IMG/VR virus record: IMGVR_UViG_3300037478_000520
Span: 1-64,000 of that record
Length of the DNA stretch: 64,000 nt
Reading direction: 5' to 3' (one strand)
Source of the DNA: a virus
The notes under the pieces are model-generated. The model was not told the DNA's origin, did no database searches, and saw nothing but the letters and a program-made list of their open reading frames with translations. Positions 57,312 through 64,000 of the stretch are shown piece after piece; within the stretch, counting starts at the first letter, position 1; every line of letters starts with the position of its first letter. The position numbers and the translations under genes were made by a program.

Positions 57312-59450
57312 CTAGATCAGCAACCCGGGAAGTCGAACGTAGACCGGATGAACGCTCAAGCTTAGCGCGATCGACCCGCCACTCGAGGCGATTGTCGACG
57401 TTCCTCCGACGACGTCGGTGAGAGTCGCCGTCCCGACCGCGGGGTGGTTGTAGGCGCTGGCGACGGTGGAGTCACGCTTCCACACCGCTAGCCTCACCAC
57501 ACCACCGTCGTTCACAAATTCGAAGACGTACTGGTTACTGTTTCCCGTGGCGATTCGTCGGACAAACCGAAAGCTACCAAGCTCTTGCGCGAGCACGCCG
57601 GCGGCCGTCATCGCTGGTCGACCGTTGATGAAGAAAACCTCCTGTCCGCTGGTGTTTGCTCGCAGATACCAGCTTCGGAAGCGCACGCCGCGTGACAGCC
57701 CAAACAGGAAGTCACGCACGTGATAGCTCGCCTGGAGCAGGTTTTGCGTAGCCCCGCCGTCAGTGCGCCACCCGTGCTCGGAGTTTAGGATCGTTCCGAC
57801 GTCATGCCCGACAAGATCCCAATACGAGTCGTAGTGGGCTTCCTCGGGCGCCCGCCCTGCGGCCATGTTGTCCGTCGGGCTGAAAGACTCCGCCGTGTAG
57901 AAGTGGACGCTTACGCGATCGAGCAGTGCCACCACGCCGTTGTCGATTAGGCGCTGCAGGTACGCCTGTGCGACGGACAGGTTCACGCCTGTCCCGGCCA
58001 AACCCGGCCCGGTGATAAAGACGTTGGGGTCCGCAGCGCGCATCGCTGGAATCACCACATGCGCAAGCGCCGAGTACTCGTCCGCCGCTGCGAGTGCCCC
58101 CTCCAGCGTGTTCACCATCGGCCAGAAGTTCGAGATGTTAGGCTCGTTCCCAAGCTCGAACATCACCTTGGCGCCAGCCCAGTGCGCCGCCGCGGCAGCC
58201 GCGAAGTTCGCATAGGCCGTACGTCCTCCGGCGTCATATGGAGGAGCCGACCCGGCGCCGTAGATGGGCGTATTGTGCGTCATTTGCAAGTTCTGCAAAA
58301 CGCCGATCCCAAGGGCGTTGAACTCGTCGACGATTCGATCGTAGTTGGGCGCCGTCGTCCAGTCGTAGACACCCTCCGACTCTTCGATGTCAGACCAGTA
58401 AAGGCGAGACCGGACCCACTTGAAGCCGTCCGCCGCGACGTCGGCCGCGTAGACGCTGACGTCGCCAGGATTCACCCCAAGATTCAGCGACAGGCCATCC
58501 GTCGCGTAGTCAAGAACGCCAAGAGCGCCGCCGAGGTCATCAGCCTCAAGCGAACTACCCGGCGAATACGCGCCTATTTCCCACTGAGACATCAGCGCTT
58601 GCTCGGCTTGCGACTGGTTTGTCTCGTCGTGGGCTACCGAGTAGCACAGAAGACGCCCGAACAGCTGCTCGACGTTTGTTCCTCCGAGATTGGCGCCAAC
58701 GGCGACCATCCCGTAAACAGTATTGAAGGTTGGCGTGCCTGTGCCAACCAACGTTCCGTTTTTGTGCATCGTAAGGGTGCCCGAGGCTAGCTTGATGCAC
58801 CACACGGCCCACTCTTCGTAGCTGTGCTCGTTCGCATTCACTTCGCCAGAGGTTGAGGTGAACCGAGCGAAGTCCGGAGTTCCTTGGCGCATTTCGACTA
58901 CAAACGCGCCAGCTGTGCTGAGGCTACCGCTGACGAAGATCCAATTCGTCGCCGCGTTGTCCGCGACTTTTCCAACCCAGTACCATGTACGATCGGCAGC
59001 GCCCGTTGGCAGTCCTACCGGGCCTGTCTTCGCATTGCTCTCGCTTGACCCGTTGTAGGCAATGCAGTCGATGCCGCTTGGTGCACCCGCGGCAACGATC
59101 TGACCTCCGCTGTCGCCGCCCATCGGTGTCGCGTGGTTGTCGTTGCCGCTGGCGTCGTTCAGCGACGTGACTTCGGTGCCCGATAGCCCGTGATTCCCGG
59201 AGCTAGCGTCCCAATCAAGCACGAGATCGTCCGTCGGGACGAGCAATTCCACTTCGTTTTCTGGCTGTTGCTCTGGGACTTGTGGCGATGGGACAGGAAT
59301 CTGTGGATCTTCAGGCTGAAGCAACCCGGCTTCATCGAACCAGCCAGCCCACATAGCGGCCCACGATTCGGCTGCTTCCTCTGTACTGCCAGGACGAGCC
59401 GCGAACAGAGCAAGCACGTCGTTCACGATCCTGGTGTTAGTTAGCGCCAT
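57312..59450 (-). CDS. virion-associated LamG + clan-A glycoside hydrolase (putative depolymerase)
   Basis: LamG-like domain, then FELGNEPN / SVHFY / NSEHGW; lies in the baseplate cluster. Confidence 0.85.
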   Translation of the reverse strand: MALTNTRIVNDVLALFAARPGSTEEAAESWAAMWAGWFDEAGLLQPEDPQIPVPSPQVPEQQPENEVELLVPTDDLVLDWDASSGNHGLSGTEVTSLNDASGNDNHATPMGGDSGGQIVAAGAPSGIDCIAYNGSSESNAKTGPVGLPTGAADRTWYWVGKVADNAATNWIFVSGSLSTAGAFVVEMRQGTPDFARFTSTSGEVNANEHSYEEWAVWCIKLASGTLTMHKNGTLVGTGTPTFNTVYGMVAVGANLGGTNVEQLFGRLLCYSVAHDETNQSQAEQALMSQWEIGAYSPGSSLEADDLGGALGVLDYATDGLSLNLGVNPGDVSVYAADVAADGFKWVRSRLYWSDIEESEGVYDWTTAPNYDRIVDEFNALGIGVLQNLQMTHNTPIYGAGSAPPYDAGGRTAYANFAAAAAAHWAGAKVMFELGNEPNISNFWPMVNTLEGALAAADEYSALAHVVIPAMRAADPNVFITGPGLAGTGVNLSVAQAYLQRLIDNGVVALLDRVSVHFYTAESFSPTDNMAAGRAPEEAHYDSYWDLVGHDVGTILNSEHGWRTDGGATQNLLQASYHVRDFLFGLSRGVRFRSWYLRANTSGQEVFFINGRPAMTAAGVLAQELGSFRFVRRIATGNSNQYVFEFVNDGGVVRLAVWKRDSTVASAYNHPAVGTATLTDVVGGTSTIASSGGSIALSLSVHPVYVRLPGLLI

Positions 59451-59452
59451 AT

Positions 59453-60607
59453 CTAATTGCTTGTTGGCTTTGGAATATCAGTAGGACCAGCACTAGACCC
59501 GTGTATGTGAGATATCAGGCTTATAGAAACTGCAGGCAACGCTCCAACAGGAGCTTGTACGCCAGTCACATCACCGTCCGACGCAACGCTTTGCGCACTC
59601 GCCTCACCCTCGACACGCAGTGTTCCGTTGATCGTCACGTCTCCCGTGATCACCATGCTGGTCAGCGCGGCGCCCATGAGCCAGAGGCTCGCGAACGGCT
59701 TGCTCGGGTCTGAGTTTTCCCATCCGATCAGCACGATCGAACGAGGCGGAAACGTCACTTCGACGCCCGGCATCCCGAGACGTAGAGGAACGCGCGTAAT
59801 GCCCTGACCACGGATCCTCTCGTCGTCCGGCATGACGTCGACAAATTTGCCGGACTGCGAAATCACCTCAGCGGTGTACATCCGTGAATAGTCAAGCTTG
59901 CGGTCGATCCGTCTATCGGCCTGCTGCTCGGACGTCTGATTCTGGGAGGTCTCCGAGACGCACAACAACTCTTGCCGAAGTTTCGTCCCGCTCAGGTACG
60001 TCGTGACCTCGGTCACGCATCGTCCGGAGTACGTCACCCCCGGGTACGCGAGCGGGGTCTCTGGGGCAATCTCGTAGCGCCCGGAAGCCGGCATGGGGTC
60101 GGTCTCGATATCGACGTTTTCGTCGGACTCGAGTTCGGGAAAGGAGTCGATCCCGATCCACACTGTGCCGTCGCGCAGGACACGCCAGGTAGCCCCGGGG
60201 AAGCGCTCCACAACTGCGGAGAGTGCCTCGGCGACCGTGCCCTTAGCGCGGTGGTAGGCGTTGAGACGGTGTCCGACAACAGCCACGTCGCTGTCTGGTG
60301 AGAGGACTTCACCTCCGACTCGAAGGATGTCCCTGGCGATCAGTGACACCGATGGCCCGGCATCGTACCAGAGTGGCTTGACTGGCTTTTGAAGCCCGCC
60401 AGCGCCTCCGACGAGCCTGCAGCGGTAACGTCCTGCGTCGAGTTCGCCACGGGTCACTGTTCCCCGCCACTCGATTCCCTCGATCTCGAAGGTGACGACT
60501 GGTGCGAGTTCTTCGTCGGTGTCTACGTCAATGCTTGCGGACCAGGCACCCTTCGTGCGCTCCTGAATCTTCGCGGAGATAAGTCCTTGGTCGTTTGCTG
60601 ACGCCAT
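59453..60607 (-). CDS. baseplate hub/spike fusion (Mu gp44/gp45-like)
   Basis: Hub-like N-terminus, OB-fold VLIGWENSDPSKP, C-terminal HIH metal tip. Confidence 0.75.
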   Translation of the reverse strand: MASANDQGLISAKIQERTKGAWSASIDVDTDEELAPVVTFEIEGIEWRGTVTRGELDAGRYRCRLVGGAGGLQKPVKPLWYDAGPSVSLIARDILRVGGEVLSPDSDVAVVGHRLNAYHRAKGTVAEALSAVVERFPGATWRVLRDGTVWIGIDSFPELESDENVDIETDPMPASGRYEIAPETPLAYPGVTYSGRCVTEVTTYLSGTKLRQELLCVSETSQNQTSEQQADRRIDRKLDYSRMYTAEVISQSGKFVDVMPDDERIRGQGITRVPLRLGMPGVEVTFPPRSIVLIGWENSDPSKPFASLWLMGAALTSMVITGDVTINGTLRVEGEASAQSVASDGDVTGVQAPVGALPAVSISLISHIHGSSAGPTDIPKPTSN

Positions 60608-60611
60608 CGGA

Positions 60612-61226
60612 TCACGGAGCGAAGTTGATGAAGTCGGGCTGCCCGACGAGTGACTCCAGATCGACCTCGAGGCTCGGAGGTTGCGCACCGTACCATGCTG
60701 AGCCCTCTATGCCCTGTGGTCGCTGAATGCCGCCCGTTGCGACGTAGTACCCTCCCAGCGGCCCCACCTGCGCCGGGTCTGGCTGTGGCTTTCGCTTCTT
60801 CGGCTCAGGAATCCATTCGATCGCCGAGATCGAGACTTCGCCGATCCCGTCGTCCCCGATATGGGGGCCGTCGACATCCTTCAGCTCGATCTCGTTGACG
60901 TTGTACCAGTCGGTCGCGGGGTGCGAGATTGTGATCGGCCCACGCGCGTCGCCCCGCTTGGGTAGCAGGTAGCGCATGATGTCCGAGAGTTCCTCCGACT
61001 CGTCTGCAGTGAACCGGACGCTGATCGACACCCTGTGCGGCAGAAGACCTCGATCGCGCACCCGAGCCCCGTCACGCCCGCGTCGCACCTTGACATCAAG
61101 CTCCTTCGACCAGTTGACGCTGACCTTCACCGCGCCGGGCATGGTGAACCGGCCGAGATACAGGTTGTCCCACTCGGAATCGATAGAGCCCGGGGTTTCC
61201 CACCTTGGAACGAGCGCCATGGTCAC
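60612..61226 (-). CDS. tail tube initiator-like protein
   Basis: Position between TMP and hub; G.DGA...D.G...ISHP. Confidence 0.6.
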   Translation of the reverse strand: MTMALVPRWETPGSIDSEWDNLYLGRFTMPGAVKVSVNWSKELDVKVRRGRDGARVRDRGLLPHRVSISVRFTADESEELSDIMRYLLPKRGDARGPITISHPATDWYNVNEIELKDVDGPHIGDDGIGEVSISAIEWIPEPKKRKPQPDPAQVGPLGGYYVATGGIQRPQGIEGSAWYGAQPPSLEVDLESLVGQPDFINFAP

Positions 61227-63082
61227 GCACCTTGAAGTTGCATGTTGTCGAAGGCGTCGCGGTTGACGCGATCGACCAACTTCGCGATCTGTTCGGGATC
61301 AGGATTCCCGTCCACGTTGATCTGCACGCTCGGTGCGTACGTCATGTTCTTCATCATGGACGACAGTGCGCCACTAGGCTTTGCGTTGCTTGCCGCCGCC
61401 GCCTCGTCAGTCACGTTGCTGCTTGGGAAAAGCTCGTTCCACGACTTCTTGTTCCACAACCATGAAAAGTCACGTGTCACAGAACCAGGCTCGCCGCGCG
61501 ATTCTTCACTGCCAACAAATTCCCGAAGACTCTGCACGGCGTACAGGACACCGATGAACCCAGCGAGCTTTGACACTACAAAAAGCAGCGGTAGAGCCTT
61601 CGACATAATGGTGCCGAATGCTCCGCTTAGTGACTTGGCGGCTTCTGGCGCTCCCTTGAACAACCTATTCATCTCCAGCATGCCGCCGACAATGCCGCCA
61701 ACTACACTCACCACCTTGCCGAGTGCTAGCACAGCACCACCGGCCCACAGGGTGACCTCTCCCGCTGGCGTCTGGAAGAACTGAATCGCCTTGCCGGCCA
61801 GCTTGAAGCCACTGGCAACCAGCCCGAGAGCTTCCGCGGCTAGGTTGCCTAGGCGTCTCCAGTCGATGTCGCCGTCAACGCCTCGCATCGATTCCATGAC
61901 GCGATCGAACCCTTCGCCAAACCCGGTCATGAACGCGTCCAACTTCGGCACGGCTGCTAACATTCCGCCAAATACGAGGTCTGTGAACTTGGCGATCTTC
62001 CCCGTGTCTATGTTCTTGATCACGTCGATGAGACGAGATAGCGCTTCCCTGTACTTTTCGATGCCGGACTTCCCTGTCGCGAGCACCCGCATCTGAAGCC
62101 AGGCGGGGGCCGCCTTCAGGCGCGCTTGCTTTCCAAGCTGGCTGTCTGCGAACTGGAGCCCTGTATCGCCAGCTTGTGACTGATTCAGCTTCTGGTTGAT
62201 CGCGGCAGAGACAGCGGTCAGGCCCATATCAGCGTTGACATTGCCGGCCGTAATCGCTGACATGACTTGAGCGTTCGTTTTCAAGCCAAGCGGCTTCTTC
62301 AGATTCTCGAGCACTAACGCAACGGACACGCCCGCTTCCGAGAACTGCTGGTTGAGTTCCTCCGCTTGCAGACGTCCCTTCGCCATGACCTGCGTCGCCG
62401 CGCGCAAGAAGCGCTTGTATTCAACGTCGTCCGCGATCCCTGCGCCACGAAGGTCGGCGCCCAGCTTGATGAACTCTTCGGCTCGACTCTTCGAAAACTG
62501 CATGGCGCGCAGTTTCACGTACTGCTTCTGCGTATCGACGGGGTCTAGCGCGAACTTGTCCGCCAGTGCTAACGAACCTCCATACTCCTCGTTGCCCGCT
62601 GCCTTTGAACCGGTGATTGCCGAAAGCGCCATCTTCATGCGCTCAACGTGCCCAGCCATGCTAGCCACGCCACGAACAACCGAGCCACCAACCAGCGCAG
62701 CAAACGCGCCACCGGCGAAGGCTGCCATTCGTCCGACGCTGAACAGCGAGCTGGTGACCCTGTTGAGTCCGCGAACGATGGAGCTATCTCCAGCCTCTTT
62801 CAGACCCGACCCCATGCGCTCGAACGATGTCTTCGTTTTGTGCGCGGACAATGCGGTACGGTTGATGCCACCGCGGATCCTGCGCATGGCAGCGCCCGCG
62901 CGACCGGCCGCCATCGTGCCCGGCAGTGCGCGCGTGAACGACTTCATGCGTCGTTCTGTCATCTCGGCAGTCCTGCCAAGACCCTTCATGGCTCGCTCTA
63001 CGTCACGGATGGACTCCGCTGCACGTCGAGCGGGAGCGCTCACGCGGTCCACGAGCTCTAGCACAAAGCGGAGTTTGTTCAC
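61223..63082 (-). CDS. tape measure protein
   Basis: ELVDRVSAPA start; QV.AKGRLQAEELNQ tape-measure motif. Confidence 0.9.
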   Translation of the reverse strand: MNKLRFVLELVDRVSAPARRAAESIRDVERAMKGLGRTAEMTERRMKSFTRALPGTMAAGRAGAAMRRIRGGINRTALSAHKTKTSFERMGSGLKEAGDSSIVRGLNRVTSSLFSVGRMAAFAGGAFAALVGGSVVRGVASMAGHVERMKMALSAITGSKAAGNEEYGGSLALADKFALDPVDTQKQYVKLRAMQFSKSRAEEFIKLGADLRGAGIADDVEYKRFLRAATQVMAKGRLQAEELNQQFSEAGVSVALVLENLKKPLGLKTNAQVMSAITAGNVNADMGLTAVSAAINQKLNQSQAGDTGLQFADSQLGKQARLKAAPAWLQMRVLATGKSGIEKYREALSRLIDVIKNIDTGKIAKFTDLVFGGMLAAVPKLDAFMTGFGEGFDRVMESMRGVDGDIDWRRLGNLAAEALGLVASGFKLAGKAIQFFQTPAGEVTLWAGGAVLALGKVVSVVGGIVGGMLEMNRLFKGAPEAAKSLSGAFGTIMSKALPLLFVVSKLAGFIGVLYAVQSLREFVGSEESRGEPGSVTRDFSWLWNKKSWNELFPSSNVTDEAAAASNAKPSGALSSMMKNMTYAPSVQINVDGNPDPEQIAKLVDRVNRDAFDNMQLQGA

Positions 63083-63264
63083 GGTTCAGTCCTTGCCAAC
63101 AGCCATGGTCCGGATCGCTCGCATATCCAGCGCGATCCCGATCAGGATTTCAACGACGGCACGCTTAGCGTGAGCCTCGAAGTGGGCCTCTGGCATCGCG
63201 TCCTCGCCGAGTTCCGGTGAACTTGTGGAATAGAGCCTGGCGACGCCAAGGGCTCTCTCCCATG

Positions 63265-63609
63265 TCAGAGTTTTTTTGCAGAAGAATCGTCCAGCCCGGA
63301 CGCCTCAACAATCTCCGCGAAGAACTTCTGCACGACAGGCGGGCGCGACTTGATCAACTCGTCGAGATCCTCGCGGCTGGTTCGCACGCACTGCAGGACC
63401 AGCGTCTTCATGGCCAAAGCCGTGTTCTTCTTCGCATCCTGCATGTCATTGAAGCACACAAACCACTGCCCCTCGCTTGGGGCTGCGAACGCGTATGCCT
63501 TGCCGTGGACGGGCACGACGACGATCGCGCCCTTGTTTTGCTTCAACGACTCAATCTGCTCGGCCGACAGATCTCCGATATTCGGCTCCAACTCCGACTG
63601 CTCTTCCAT
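63265..63609 (-). CDS. tail assembly chaperone (-1 frameshift extends it to 63086)
   Basis: Ends GCA AAA AAA CTC TGA; the -1 frame is open to just before the TMP start. Confidence 0.85.
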   Translation of the reverse strand: MEEQSELEPNIGDLSAEQIESLKQNKGAIVVVPVHGKAYAFAAPSEGQWFVCFNDMQDAKKNTALAMKTLVLQCVRTSREDLDELIKSRPPVVQKFFAEIVEASGLDDSSAKKL

Positions 63610-63622
63610 GAATTCTCCTAAA

Positions 63623-64000
63623 TCAGATGCCTAAAGCACCCGTGATCAGATTTGCGACGTCGGAAAGACCTCCGGTCATTGCCTTGCCGTTGCGAAGGAT
63701 TCGGACGATGTCGAGCGTGAAGACGGTGCGAAGGACATCCGTTCCGTCCGAGTGGCTGTCTTCGTCTCCAATGATCTGGCAACCGATCAACGAGTCGATG
63801 ATCGGAACGCCAGCGAGTCCCGCCTCGAAGTAGGTGACCGTCAGGTCGAAACTGTTCTCGCCGTAGCCGCCGATCCCTAGACCGGAGGTGATATCGAGAA
63901 GGGCGTCGCCATCCTCTTTGTACATGGTGATCGAACCCGTCGGCTCTTCTCGGCCCTTCGTTCGGCCTCGCTTGACGCTAGAAAAGCCATAGAGCGTACC
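63623..64000 (-). CDS. tail tube protein (partial)
   Basis: RGRTKG...GSITMYKED...FDLTVTY...D.L.GC; upstream of the chaperone and TMP. Confidence 0.7.
   Translation of the reverse strand, partial: GTLYGFSSVKRGRTKGREEPTGSITMYKEDGDALLDITSGLGIGGYGENSFDLTVTYFEAGLAGVPIIDSLIGCQIIGDEDSHSDGTDVLRTVFTLDIVRILRNGKAMTGGLSDVANLITGALGI

Overview
This is a 64 kb slice of a GC-rich temperate myovirus (contractile tail). The host is probably a myxobacterium, inferred from the SSB style, a VWA lipoprotein and a small basic DNA-binding gene. Layout: (1) A leftward early operon (1-13.9 kb) with MazG, a glycoside hydrolase, DUF4326, a DEDDh exonuclease, SSB, RecT and YqaJ. (2) A cI/cro switch with palindromic operators (14.0-15.1 kb). 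(3) A long rightward accessory operon (15-41.5 kb) with ParB plus a MORC-like GHKL ATPase, an integrase followed by an intact attP (3' half of tRNA-Val TAC), HNH, a T4 Rnl1-like RNA ligase, an AAA ATPase, ASCH, a DNA MTase and SLOG. (4) Lysis and tail genes on the minus strand (42.8-64 kb), including a -1 frameshifted tail chaperone. The best candidate for an undescribed system is at 34.3-35.9 kb. There a DUF7873-like protein gene is followed by a ~440-nt, terminator-ended structured RNA holding two circularly permuted, anticodon-less tRNA-like modules, then a tRNA-Pro(CGG) and an rtcB gene shattered by deletions and nested IS1-family cargo transposons. The second highlight is two cas-less CRISPR arrays with near-identical inverted leaders, a compensatory base-pair change in their repeats, one shared spacer and a spacer resembling a phage VirE-type helicase, plus a solitary repeat. 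All family calls come from motif recognition; no database searches were run.
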